Positions 24,090 to 37,400 of a DNA stretch of 64,000 nt are shown here, one piece after another; position 1 is the first letter of the stretch; each line of letters begins with the position of its first letter. A program made the position numbers and the translations under genes. This stretch comes from Mytilus californianus (lineage: Eukaryota), in assembly GCF_021869535.1 (NCBI RefSeq), contig NW_026262734.1:42408001-42472000 (forward strand), read 5' to 3'. The notes under the pieces are model-generated. The model was not told where the DNA came from and searched no databases. It saw nothing but the letters and a program-made list of their open reading frames with translations.

Positions 24090-24782
24090 ATCACTGTTTT
24101 GTTCACACATCGTTGTCAATATAACGGAATTGTGAGAGTTTAAGCTAGCTATAAAACCAGGTTTAATCCACCATCTTCTACATAAGAAAATGCTTGTACC
24201 AAGTCTGAAATATGACAGTTGTTATCTATTCGTTTGATGTATTTGAGCGTTTGATTTGGTCATTTGATTAAGGACTTTCCGTTTTGAATTTTCCTGGAGT
24301 TCGGTATTTTTGTTATTTTACTTTTGAGGGGTCCTGTGCTGTTGTTAATGGCAGATGTTCGTTGGTATTCTGCGGTTTACATGTTACTAATGAACGATTA
24401 TATTATTTATTTATGCGTTTTTTCTGTGCTTGATGTTCTTGCGTTTGTTTGTACTGTGTTCCTGTTACGTAGTATTGTCATTTTCGCGACTTAACATTGT
24501 CGTACAAGCTGGAGTTTTGGTTAGCCATAATACCAGGTTCAACCCACCGTTTTTTTCTTAAAATCTCCTGTACCAAGTCAGGAATAAGGCAATGGTCAAC
24601 AAATATTCCTTTTCTATGTATGTTGGCGTTTGTTTTTGTTGCACTTCAGAGTTGCGGTTGTTCCGTTGTTTTCCTCTTATAGTTGATGTGTTTCCCTCAG
24701 TTTCAGTTTGTAAATCCGGATTTGTTTTCTCTCAATCGACGTATGACTTTTGAACAGCAGGTATACTACTGTTGCCTTTATT
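24090..24782 (+). repeat. Two related short interspersed repeats (24090-24325, 24480-24782)
   Basis: Shared core accaggtt.aa.ccacc...tgtaccaagtc.g.aata; relatives at 34965-35345 and 45345-45575, and partial reverse-strand copies at 20650-20720, 21390-21460 and 49445-49740. Confidence 0.75.
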
Positions 24783-25666
24783 GGTACAAAATTATTGTCT
24801 GAAACGTCTTTAGGTATTTATAATGTGATCACATGTTAAACCAACTGCAAACTTTGTTTAAATCTCCAAAGTACACATATGCAACTATAATAGTCCAAAT
24901 TTCAGTAAAGATAATAGAACATTTCGAAAAGTGAATAATGTAAATAAGATTCGGAACAAATTGGTCCTACATGTTCTTCTTTACAAAAATTACCGTAACA
25001 TTGTATTTCATGTTAAAACAGGAGTGCTGACTACTGGCTTATTGAAAACCTTAGGTATGGAACGTCCAAAAGCAGTGGCAAAATCTAGTAGATGTAAAAG
25101 CTGAGCAAAGACTCTAGACTTAAATGTGACATTTGGGACAGAAAAGACGAAAAACAGTGCACTTTCTACTATTTACAAATTCAACTAATTTGCTTAAAAT
25201 TGTAAGGATTTCAATCTTGGAACCAGAGAAGGTTATAAATTATGATGTGATCAAATTTTAATAAGAATTTTACAGGTACCGCTACCTTCAAATCCAAATT
25301 TGATTATCTTTAAAAACAAATTAGAAAAAGGTTTTAGTAACTTATCGTAGCGAGATCGCTGACTTACTGTGTTAACCGGTTAAGCATGGATTACGTTCAT
25401 TAAAATCTTAAACGTCAAAACAGATAAGAGCATAGCATACGTGTCGGCAACATACATTTTGTTGGAAGGGACTAGAGGAACATCTAATCCAAAGACGGGC
25501 AAACTAACTATAGGGAATGAAAAGTCTCTTTAGTCCTAAATGTTTGTTTTTGTTTTCACGTGTGAAACTGAAATATCTAATTTTAGAAAAAAAAGACAAT
25601 TATTTCTGTTAGATTTATTCAGAATAAGTCTACTTGCCAAAAGTTATGCATTATATACAAATATAT

Positions 25667-26882
25667 TGTAACAAACCGCCGCCACAGGCCGAGTAATTGT
25701 GGAAGGGTCTGTTGACAATCTTAGGACCCATTGTGCTCTCGTCAGGAATATACTGCATCTTGGATTTTCTAACTCCGAAGACGAATGGATGCCAGGCAAT
25801 ACACTCATTATAATCCATAGCTGAGTTGTAAAATACAAATTCTAACGTATATTATATTTATTTTTATATATATACACACACATGCAGACGCTTTAATTCG
25901 TAATCATTTTCGGGACATTTAGGTCACTCGGTGTGGTGGGGGATAACTGCCGCTACATTTACTTTTCCTTAAAAATACTTCATCTTATCATAATAAATTA
26001 AAGTATATGAACCTGCTTGGTTATTGTGTTTGGAATTGGTCTGGTAATGATAAACTTGAAGATGGTTAAGCTTACTAGTTAGACCTGAGCTAACAAGTTA
26101 TCCGCCATTTCACTGATTAGAACCCTATCTATACTATCTGGAGATCCCTAAAAGCTAATCGAAAATAAGCGATCTAGCCAGGGATGCCTAAGTTCCAATG
26201 AGAACCCTGTCAGGACTGACAGGAAAATGTCGGGCAAAATAGAAGCCTGACAGGAAAACCGGCACATTAAGATATTTAATATAAAATGGACATTAAAATG
26301 CCTGTCAATTAATTATCATATGGAAGGGACCTAGCCTTTACTTTTCCTTTATTAAACTTTATAGTTAGAAGCTTAAAACTGAATAACTAGACTTATTTCC
26401 AAGTTCTAGCAGTGCGTAGTACTAGCAGACGACGGGAGTACTTATATTAAATTCCAGCGGTAAATTGGTTAACAATATAATTCCTATAAACTATTCTTTT
26501 ACAGGTATAAACACTAAAGCTTTAATAAAATTGTTAATACAATGCCTTATTTCTTACTCTTAAAGACTACTTTTGATATTTAAGGTATAATGTTACAACG
26601 ACAAAAATGTTTCCTACTGCGGTCACATGATCAGTAAAATGGCTCTTCACAGAGAAACGACAAACATGGTTTTGACCGATAGAAAAATCTTAAATATTCC
26701 CTTACTTAGACACTTTCAGGACTTATAATGGGTTGAAATATAATTTCAGGTATATGAATATTTATGCCAGACACCTTACGATCCATGAAAAATATGTTAT
26801 CAAGTAAAACGAGTTTGGTAAACAAGTGGAAGGGGGCACTTGCCAAACAAAATGGAAAAAGTTAAAAGATACAAATGTTACA
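25667..26882. mobile_element. Solo LTR, 1216 bp (Gypsy-like 4-bp TSD)
   Basis: Termini TGTAACA...TGTTACA; ATAT directly on both sides (25663-25666, 26883-26886); interior is noticeably more GC-rich; no coding remnant. Confidence 0.7.
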
Positions 26883-28080
26883 ATATGTGCAGTACAAATT
26901 TATGGTCACAAAATCAATATTATTTTCTGTTGCAGGTTATCACCAAATAAAGTTTATATCCATATGTAGTTGATTTCTTTCTTCAGTTGAATTTGTAAAT
27001 TCCAGGTTGTTAAAATGATTAAATGTCAGTTGTTCCAGTTATAACAATATCATGCTCACAAGGGGTATTTGCCAAAAATACCTGTTGAGAGGTAAATAAA
27101 TTTCCAGAGCCATCAGGCGAGGACAATTTGTTTACCTCAATAAAAAGTATTACCAACACCTGTCGATAAAATGTATTGCCAAAACCTACATAAATGATGT
27201 CAAGGAGTAAATTATTAAAAAAAAATTAATATTTATTATTTTCATAGGCTTTATTACAAAATATAAAATCAAATTAGTTAGGGAACTAGTTAAAAGCACA
27301 GAAAGATTAGTAGTAGAACGTTTGATAGAATCGGAATTAAAATGATACTTAACGGTGTTTATGTGCAGTTTATATAATAAATAGTATGGACGTTCAAATG
27401 CCAGAGATGTGATTGCGATATTCTTTACTATTTGACTTTCTGGGGAGTACACGGCCTTCAAATACATTTTTAAGAAATTCCGTGTAGAATTTACGTCATA
27501 CCACTGTCCCGTTTTTTGCTGATTTTGTGTTCGGTACTTGAAATGCTATGCGAATATACACAATATTCAAACATTAATTCAAATATATAGGAATCAAGGG
27601 TTTCTCACATTAACATCCTTTGTTCAATATGATGAAAGAGCATCTTTCAAAACCTTCGTTAAATTTTCAATTTATTTGCAGTGAAAGACGATATTTAGAT
27701 CATTTTGCATAACGTTTAGAACCTCTTTTGCCTGAACGATGCTAATTTCTTCTGTAAATATAAGCCATAGGAATCATATTTAGACTTCGATGCTTCCAAG
27801 CCTCATGTTGGAAGACTGACATATGATTAAAAATTAAATTTCATCTGGTTTTTATTATACGTATTGGTAAATTAAACATGGTTTAATGTTATCATAAAGA
27901 GACAAAAAAAATGTTGAACGGTGGATTCATTAAAAATTCTAGATAAGGGACAAAAATCGAAACCTATATTATTGTAAAATCATTGAAAGCAATGTAGTGA
28001 CATGAAGTTGTTTACATATATATTTGATCTTTGATCTTTATGAATAGTTAATTCGTTGGCAATCATACCACATGTACTTC

Positions 28081-28470
28081 TAAAAAAGGGATTGAAAACG
28101 GGGAATGTGTCGAAGAGACAACAATCCGAAAAAAAGACCAGAAAACAGCCTAAGGCCCCTAAACAATGGTGTATACTAGTGCAGCGAAATGAATTTCACA
28201 CTGAACTCCGAAACATATAAATGAACCAAAAGATAAAAAAAAAAGAGATAAGACTAACAAAGGCTAGAAGATTCTGAATTGGGACAGGCGCAAAATGCAG
28301 TGGGGTAGAACATTTTTTTTTAGATCTCAACCTTCCCTCTATACCTCTGGACAAGCTGGAATAAACAAATACACAGGAATAAGCACAATAAAATAAGTTT
28401 AAAAGAAATCCGAGTCCGATGTTAAAATAGGTAACAGAAGAAACTAAGCAAAATGACAATGATCAACATA
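28081..28470 (-). repeat. Older, degenerate PLE family 1 tail
   Basis: Diverged copy of 28681-29130. Confidence 0.8.
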
Positions 28471-28680
28471 AATTAACGAGAAGTTACTGAAATGCGAGCT
28501 GCGGATCTCCTTTGAACCGAACGACAAATTTTGTTTTCATCATATTAAAATTAATCACAATTCCTACCTTTAGAAGTTTAGTATCATGCATCATAAATTA
28601 TACCAGAAGAACATAAACCGTTTCATGACAGCAACTGGTTTTATAATTAGTTGTGTATTTCAAATGCAAAGATCCTATGA

Positions 28681-30492
28681 ATAAAACTGAGAATGGAAAT
28701 GGGGAGTATGTCAAAGAGACAACAACCCGACCAAAGAGCAGACAACAGCCGAAAGCCACCAATGGGTCTTCAATGCAACGAGAAAATCCCGCACCCGGAG
28801 GTGGTCCTCAGCTGGCCCCTAAATAAAATTGTGTACTAGTTCAGTGAAAATTGACGTCACACTAAACTCCAAAACATATAAATGAACTAAAATTAAAAAC
28901 ATACAAGACTAACAAAGGCCAGAGGCTCTTGACTTGGGACAGGCGCAAAAATGCGGCGGGGTTAAACATGTTTTGTGAGATCTCAACCCTCCCCCTATAC
29001 CTCTAGTCAATGTAGAAAAAAGAAACACATAGCAATACGCACAGTAAAACTCAGTTCAAAAGAAGTCCGAGTCCGATGTCAGAATAGGTAACAAATGAAA
29101 CTAAGCAAAATGACAATGATACATAAATGAACAGAGAACTACTAGCAGGTACTGACATGCCAGCTCCAAACCTCAATTAAACCGATTGAAAGATTATGTC
29201 TTCATCATATGAAAATCAAGTACAATCCCTCCCGTTAGGGGTTTAGTATCATACCATCATAAAATATATGTGAAGAACATAACTCGTATCATGCCAACAA
29301 CTGGTTTTAGAATAAATGTGTTTATTTCCGATGCAAAGAACCTATGAGTGAATCAATATTAATACCAAAATATGCAATCCTTAATGACTTGACAACAGTA
29401 TCGTAACTATATCCTTTCCGAATAAGTCTGTTTAAAGGTTTGGTTAGCTTTTGAGGTGAATGCCGACATTTTTGTGCTTTGTTAAGAATATTACCATAAA
29501 ATATTGGATGTGAAATACCTGAACGTATAAGATGTCTGCATGTTGATTTATATTTACGAATGATGTCCTTGTACTGATGATAAAATTTAGGAAATGTGTT
29601 GACTAGTTTGTGATATCGAAAACCCTGGTGTAATAATTTTTCAGTAATACAGAGATTTCTTTCACTGAAATCAAATACGTTGTTACATACACGAGCGAAT
29701 CGAACAAGTTGAGATATATAAACACCATAAGATGGCGACAAGGGAACGTCACCATCTAAAAATGGATAATTAAAAATAGGAAATAAAAAAAAAATCTATT
29801 TTATCATAAATTTTGGTATTAAGTTTCCAGTTAAAGATAAAGATATCAAGATCCAAGAAAGGGCAGTGTTCATTGTTAGTATTAGCTTTATTTAAAGTCA
29901 GTTCGGCAGGATAAATCTCTTTAGTGTACATACTAAAGTCGTCATTATTGAGAGCCAATAAATCATCTAAATATCTAAAAGTGTTATTAAATTTTTGAAT
30001 CAGATGTTGTTTCGATGGGTCTTTGCTGATTTTAGTCATAAATTGTAACTCATAACAATACAGAAACAGGCCCGCAATAAGTGGTGTACAGTTAGTCCCC
30101 ATGGAATTCCGATAATCTGACGATATACGGAATCTCCAAAGCGAACAAAAATGTTATCTAGTAAAAATTCAAGGGCAGTTATAGTATCAAAGCAGGTCCA
30201 ATTGACATAGTTCTTTTGTTTGTTGTTACTACAAAAAATGACCTAAAAGAGTTTGAACATATATATTCGCATTCCGACTTTTTAAATTCCCCTTTTAATC
30301 AGGTGTGTGAATTTTCTCTTAATAAGATTATGAGGCAACGTGGTATATAGGGTAGAAAAATTAAAACTTTGAACAGATTCAAAATCACCAATATAAGCAT
30401 GTACTTTATCAAGTATTTCCAACGAATTTTTGACACTCCAAAAGTAATTAATTACACTATTTCCAAAGGCCTTATTTGAACAATTTATTCAC
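28681..30492 (-). mobile_element. Penelope-like element family 1, 5'-truncated: RT pseudogene (about 29322-30480) plus a 640-bp 3' tail
   Basis: FSTLYTTLPH, QIIGIPMGTNC, FRYLDD, CPFLDLDI, TKIYDK, SYGVYISQLVRFARVC; ORF ends ...SLIGSLHRK* with no GIY-YIG. Confidence 0.9.
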
Positions 30493-31005
30493 ACGAGTGA
30501 ATCAATATTAATTCCAAAAACTGCCATCTTTAATGACTTGATAAAGTATGGTACTTATATCCCCTATAAGGTTTGGTTAGCTTTTGAGGTGAATGACGAC
30601 AGTTTTGTGTTTTCTATAGAATACTATCATTAAAGATTTGATGTGAAATACATATGAACGTATAAAATGTGCACGTTAAATTATATTTACGAATGATGTG
30701 CTCATACCATTACCGATGATTAAATTTAGCAAAAATTTTTGACAGGTTTGTGATCTTGAAAACCCAGGTGTCATATTTTTTTAAAGTAATTAGCGATTTC
30801 TGTCGTTTAAATCACATACGTTGTTACCTACACGTGCTCCGAACAAGTTGAGATACATAAAAACCATATGATAGTGCCAAGGGAACGTCACTATCTAAAA
30901 ACAAATAATTATTAATAGGAAATATTAGAAATAAGCTTCCCGTTAGAGATAAAGATATCAAGATCCAGAAAAGGGTACTGTTCATTATTAATATTAGCTA
31001 TACTT
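30493..31005 (-). pseudogene. Second, older partial copy of the family 1 RT C-terminal region in tandem
   Basis: Homologous to 29345-29895, with many indels. Confidence 0.85.
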
Positions 31006-31983
31006 AAAATACGTTCAATAGGATCTGCTTGTCAAGAGGTAGCACCACGTTTATGTTTGTTAACAATGTCATTTCTCGAAATTTGAATCAGTTGGAATGT
31101 TGGCAAAATGGTGATTTCCTTTTGCAGAACCTTTAATAATATCAAATTTACGTCAAACAGTTTAACAGGACATAATTGGCAGCTTAATCAGACGGGACAA
31201 ACACAACATTCCTTGTCGGGTACTTTTAACTTATATTTGATACTAGAAATAAGACTATTATGGTTGTTGTTAGGAGAAAAATGTTCTTTAAAATGGTGAA
31301 TACGAATATCAACTATTTTCATTACTGAATTGGAAAAAAAATGGATTATTTGTCAGGTTTTTCTTATTTTATCCATTGTATGCAGTAAATACGGAATGAG
31401 TGATGGATGATTTTACGATACTCATTCCGCTTAATGATTTACCAGGAACGATATTTAGGTCGTTTTCTGAGAAATGATATTTATATTGGGAATAAAATAT
31501 AATAGCTATGTTATATTTTGATCCAACATTTCAGAAACTTTTAGTCTCTAATATGAATATGAATACCAAATTTGCAGAAATAACCTGGTTTATTGTCTGC
31601 TCATAAGTTATCGTTCTTGTGCTGTTTGTAAAAAAATCAAGTTAAGACAGAGGTGCATAACATGTTCCATTTGAGAAAATATTCACATAGACTGGCACAG
31701 GGTCAGCCAAAAGTAATAATTCCTTATGTTTTAACGTGAAGGCATATTTGCTTACACCAACCACAAATGAAAGATAGGATATCTTTACTTTCAATTTGAT
31801 AAGTTACGGATCAATATAAAATGTAATAACTCATTCGATTTTGTGCAAGTCGAAACAAAGAGCAGTTAAAAGATTTTGTAAATTGACGGTTTCAACGTAG
31901 GAATTTTATAATATCCCTCAAAAAGATCCAAATAAACACGATTAAACAAATCTAAAGAGGTTTCGATTTAAATTAGATCTTAC

Positions 31984-33837
31984 TTTGTTTATTCCCATAA
32001 ATCCTACCCTCATGACTTTTTCCAACTGATTTACTGTTTTATGGAGGTTATTAAACTTCTCTAGAACGTTTTTGATCCTCATAGAATTATGATCTGTTTC
32101 ATCTGCTACCAGTTTTGTATATTTAGATAAAACCTGTGTTTGTTGACGAATATCATTGACTAATTCAAGACCAATAGTTTTACCACTCAAAAAGTAAATA
32201 AAAACGAGCTTGGTAATTGATTAAATATTATGATATACTTACGACTGAAAGACTACATAAACGTCAAACATGTTTCATCAGTTCCCAATTTAATTCAGTT
32301 CATCATATTAAATACAATTTTCATTTACTATACCACAATTTGTTGACCTCAACAAAAAGAGAGTAAACGAGCCATCATAACTTTAAAGCATTTGAATGGT
32401 ATAGGAAACTATGCAGCTAATAGCTAGTGCTTGTGTATTGGACTAAGAAGTATCCGGGTTATAAAGTTTGTCTATCAAATCTATAGGTTTTCAATTGTCA
32501 TAAAACATGTTCAAATGTTATTTTTATCAGTTGATCCTAAGTGTACCATTTATATAATACAGCTCTCCATTTTTACATTTTTTTCACTTAACAAATGATA
32601 AATATATTGATTGATTGCTTGCTATTGGCTATACGCTGCCTCAACACAAAATGTCTATATCGCAAATATAATAGATTTATGACGATATCATTTGAGTGAA
32701 GTTTCAGAGAGTGCTATTTCTTACAAGTATGTAACATTCAGCAAACTAAATTCTTTTTCCATCAAAAACTAATAAATATTTTTCATTACCATTTATTTCC
32801 CATTTTTTATTTCCCCTTTGATTTGAAGTTCTTCAGTTGAACTCAGACAGAGGTCATTAACTAGCTTCTCCATCAGCTGGAATGAATCGGAATACTTTAC
32901 TGCGTCCTACTCAGTTCAATTACAATGAGCCCATGGATTCCTTATAATTTGTCGTACCTGACATGATAGAAAGTTCAAACTACATGTATTAATGGTATTC
33001 AAATACTTAAACAAGGAGGAAGTTGTTTACAAGTAAAAGAGCAATGCAACAATTTGTTTCACAGTGACCAATCACTACCCATCCCCTTCCCCCATGAACA
33101 AATGTGACAGCGACTTTCTCAAACACATCTTGAAAAACATAGTCTATCTTTTTTTAAATACTGACTGATCATTGAGAGTTAAAAGGTTTGACAGCATAAC
33201 CAGGTAACAATTAGATTCAAAGTAAATGATTGTTTTAAAACTGAAGTGCCTGTTCACATTATGCAATGAATCCGCTGTCTGGTTTTTTGTTTTTAATTTT
33301 CTATAGTCGTTTTTAAAAGTAATGAACAAATGTTTCGCATATCTTTGGTAACGTAGGTTCTCTCGTAATAGAAAATAGATATTGATAGTCATTTGAACAT
33401 CTGAACCAGTGTTTCACATTACTTTGTAAATGTAGGTTCTCTCGTTATAACAAATAGAGATTTATAGTCATTTGAGCAAAGCAACTACTGTTTGACTTAA
33501 CTTTGAAGTTAAGCAGGTCCTCTAGACTACTAATGTGAAAAATAGTGATTCAGAATTTAGAACATTATTTTTACAAAGGAGTATCATTACCATGAATCAC
33601 AGGTTGCTTTGTTGTTGTTAACAGCTTCATAATTCAGGTAGGCGTTTGTTGGAAGATATTGCTTTAAATGTGTTGAAAATGTTTGCGTATCAATCTTCTG
33701 TTTTAAAATTAATTCATTATAAAGTGCTGTTAAGATTGGAATGACATATCTCCTCAGTGCTGGTAATATTACGCTGTGCAGACATATTCCAACAACCAGC
33801 CATCTTTTCTGATTATCGTCTAAATCTGCTGGGTTTG
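31984..33837 (-). pseudogene. Spliced pseudogene of a HEPN-like (R-x4-H) domain plus coiled-coil protein; exons about 33837-33590, 32957-32790 and 32195-31984
   Basis: DNQKRWLVVGICLHSVILPALRRYV...LNYEAVNNNK; VRQIIRNPWAHCN*TE*DAVKYSDSFQLMEKLV; FLSGKTIGLELVNDIRQQTQVLSKY coiled coil. AG acceptors at 33838-33839 and 32958-32959; GT donors at 32788-32789 and 31982-31983. Confidence 0.75.
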
Positions 33838-34091
33838 CTATAAAAAAGGATTAAAATAGTAATGTTTTAAATAACCGTCAATTGCAGAAAGCATATGCTT
33901 ATGAAGTGTTATCAACGATTTTCAACAGTTATCATAAATATCAGTTAATGAATTGTTTATGATTGTTTCAATCATCACCAGTACATCAATTCAGTTTATC
34001 TTAAACGTATCATATAAATACCACTGCCATTTAGCATATATCTAGAAATCACAGATACGACACAAAAAATATTAACTGTACCAATTTTTCT

Positions 34092-34137
34092 GCACTAGAT
34101 GCGCATTTAGACAATAATTGTCTCATCAGTGACGCTC
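34092..34137 (-). ncRNA. Type I hammerhead ribozyme, degenerate (GAAA replaced by UAAA)
   Basis: gcgtca-CUGAUGA-gaca(auuau)uguc-UAAA-ugcgca-UC-uagugc; minimal stem III with palindromic loop. Confidence 0.8.
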
Positions 34138-34430
34138 GTCGCCAAAATATTTGAAAATCCAAAGCTTAATAAAACGATGAAGAGCTATAATTCAAAAAAG
34201 TATAGCCAAAGCCGGGAAAGGAATCAGAGCTTTGCATGAGATTGATACATTCCTTGATCTAAAATAATCTCTAACATTTTGTAACACCAACTTTAATTAC
34301 AAAAAATCCGTATTTTCATGCCAATACCGAAGTACTTGCTTCTGAGCTGGTGATACCCTCGGGAACTAACAGTCCACCATCTTAGGCATCGACCCAGTAG
34401 TAGTAATAACATTAACTGTACTAATTGTCT

Positions 34431-34476
34431 GCACCAGATGCGCAAATCGACAATACATGTCTCTTCAGTGATGCCT
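34431..34476 (-). ncRNA. Type I hammerhead ribozyme, degenerate (GAAA replaced by GAUU)
   Basis: gcauca-CUGAAGA-gaca(uguau)uguc-GAUU-ugcgca-UC-uggugc; stem I fully paired. Confidence 0.8.
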
Positions 34477-37400
34477 GAGGCCAAAATATTTGAAAATCCA
34501 AAGCTTATTAAAAAAATGAAGAGCTATAATCCAAAATGGTACAAAAAGTATAGCTAAAGCCGGGCAAGGATCTAGAGCTATGCATGATGGAGATACATTC
34601 CTGAATTTAAAATAATTTCTAACATTTTGTAACAGCAAATTTTAATAACAAAACATAACATGCGTATTGCATACCTTTCCGATTGAATCATACATTTATT
34701 TCTTAAACAATGGGTTACAGATAGATTAAAACTCTACATGGTGTGTGATGGTGAACATTGAAGGAATTAAATCGTTCAATCAAATGAAATCAAGTTTATT
34801 TAAATGGACAATCCTTCTTTTTTAAATGGAATGTAATTTAGGTGTATGTTCGGTCAGAAGGATTAATTGAATCGAAAAATGTCTGTTTGATTTGCTCACC
34901 CTATCTAGTTTATAGAAGGGAACTATGCACAACTGTCATAAAAGGCCAAGCTTATTATATACAACACAAGAGTTTACCCACCAATTATTTCTGGAAATGC
35001 CCGAACCAAGTCAAGAATATGACTATTATGTTTCACTCGTTCCGTTGGTTTATTTTTTCAGTTTTTATGGACTTCCTCCGTTTAGAATTAACCATGTAGT
35101 CCGGTATTTTCGTTATTCTTTTTTCGTTGCATTCTGTCAATATTTATTTTTTGTTTATTGGTGTTTTATGTTACATTTCGTTGGTTTTTCTTTTTTAACA
35201 GTTTCGCGTTTTGGCTTGCCTGGCTCTTTAAAGATTTCTAAACGGTATGCGTTTGCTCATTTTTTAAGTCCGTACGGTGACCTGTAGTTGTTTATATCAA
35301 CGTTATTTTGGTCTCTGTTGGCTAAATGTCTCATTAGTAAACGCCATCTCCGTATTTAATTCAATCTGTATAATATACCAGAAACATTAACCTTCCTTTA
35401 AACATGAATTAAAAAAAGCAATGTATTATGGCTTGAACTGAGATATAATGCCTACACCTTCGTGAACTGAATGTTTTCAACTAACCCTGATTGTCAAGTA
35501 ATAAATGGAAATCAAGATATGACGCAGACGTCTCTGTGTCTGTAGTGTATGTGTACCACTCAGAAACGTGCCCATTCCCCCAAATGATCCAATCCCCAAA
35601 CGTTTCCATATGACGTTGCTGGTTTTTTTTTTTATTGTAAAGAGGAAGCAGTTGAACAGAAACTTTTCAAAGGATCAGGGTTCCTCGATTTTAAAGCAAA
35701 AAGCGCACAGAATAAAAAGTACGTGCGCTGCAAAATCTAAAATCGTCAAAACTAAACACTTAACAGATAGTTCACACGAATGTTTTTTTATCTCATCTCC
35801 GTTATACCATGTACGTTTCCAACAGCTCGTCTTTCACTTTATTATTTTGTTTTGTTTATCAGATTTTTAAAAGTTGCATATTTAAAAAAAAATCAATATA
35901 TATTTTGCACCGCTGACCATCTCTTCACAGTTTACAAAGTTGCTTTCTGTTGACTCAGTATCTATGATGAGTTTATTTTCAATCTTTGGGAACTGTGCCA
36001 AACATACATCTGCATTTAACTAGGCTAGTATTATTTCCCCCTTTTGAACTCTAGCAAATCAATAGTATCCATGGTTTGAATTTGACACAGACATACCTGA
36101 CGTCACAGAGGAAATGTAAACGATACGAGTTTTGAGAAGTTATGGCGTCTTAAAGTGGATAAGTTTGGGCGAATAGCAATTGTCGGACACGTTTGAGTGA
36201 AGTAATTTATTGAACACATTTTGAGGAAAAGAAGTCGGACATGATTAGGCGAGATGCAAGTTTATGCACTCGATTAGTCGAAATGGACACGTTTGAGGGT
36301 TTGTGCACGTGTTAGGGGATGGACTCATTAGAGTCATTTAAGAAGATGCTATCAATATAGTAACCAGTCTTTGAAATATTCAGCAAAAGGACACTATTTA
36401 CTTAGTGTATCGTGAAGTTAAAAGCTAAAACCGGCTTCTTTTCATTTTTTTTAAAGCTTCTGTATTATTTTGCAATATAAAAATCCAGGAACACATCGAC
36501 AATCAAAGGAACACAACTGATTTCCATTGGCATGCATATGGTAATTGTCTACTTAAAAAGGATTCTTCAAACTTAAAAATTCTGTTGTCGATGAAAAAAA
36601 ATAGATCGTGATAATGTCAGTGAATTGTGCTTATTGAATGAGCTACATATACCTGTTACTTGTGGTAAATTTGCAGCTATCTCATCAATTTCCTGTTGTA
36701 ATTCTTGGTGTATTGAACATTTCAGGCCTCCTGATGTTGAAGGTTGTTCTTCCATGTTGTGGGAGTAGTTACACTGCTGTTAAGTATGTCACAGCATGAG
36801 AATCTTTCATATCGTCTTCCATTTCTCCTTTTGTGTTATTACAGCTATATTTATATTTTCAATGTCATTTCCGTATGGAGTAAAAAAAGAACAGAATACA
36901 TTTCGTCATTTAACATATAGAAGGCTCTGATGTTTTACAATAGTAAACCTTATCTTAATGTACACAATTAATGTTATTATTGATAAAAATAGTCGCAGGG
37001 AGTAACTAAACGATTTCTGAATTTGAAATAGTAAACTGATGTAAAAACTATAGATTCTTACACATTGTGGACAATGAGATGTTTCTAAAGATATGTTATT
37101 TTTTTACTGCAAAATTTACATATGGAATAGATTTTGAATAGCATAAATGTACATCAATTTGTGTGGCAAGCCTAACAAGGAAAGATGTTTTTTTCAAAAT
37201 TTTTGATTTTTCAACCAATTTTGACAGCCACGGTTCAACCAAAAATTCTTTTCAAATGCAGAAAATGACTTTTGATACTGAGATCTATTTCAAATAGGTA
37301 TTGTACTTACATGTCAATGTTCGGTGAAATCCTAGTACAAATTGACGTTTCGTTTGAATTACTGGTGTTTTTACACAATGTCAGTTTTTACTGCTAATTT

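Larger units (their letters stand above)
34070..34645 (-). mobile_element. Retrozyme-like tandem, 339-bp period, about 1.7 units
   Basis: 34070-34300 repeats at 34410-34645; one hammerhead motif per unit. Confidence 0.85.

Noticed and set aside
31030-31240. WCYLLTSR as an NB-ARC-like motif downstream of the HEPN pseudogene
   Set aside because: No Walker A or B nearby, and several stops; likely chance.
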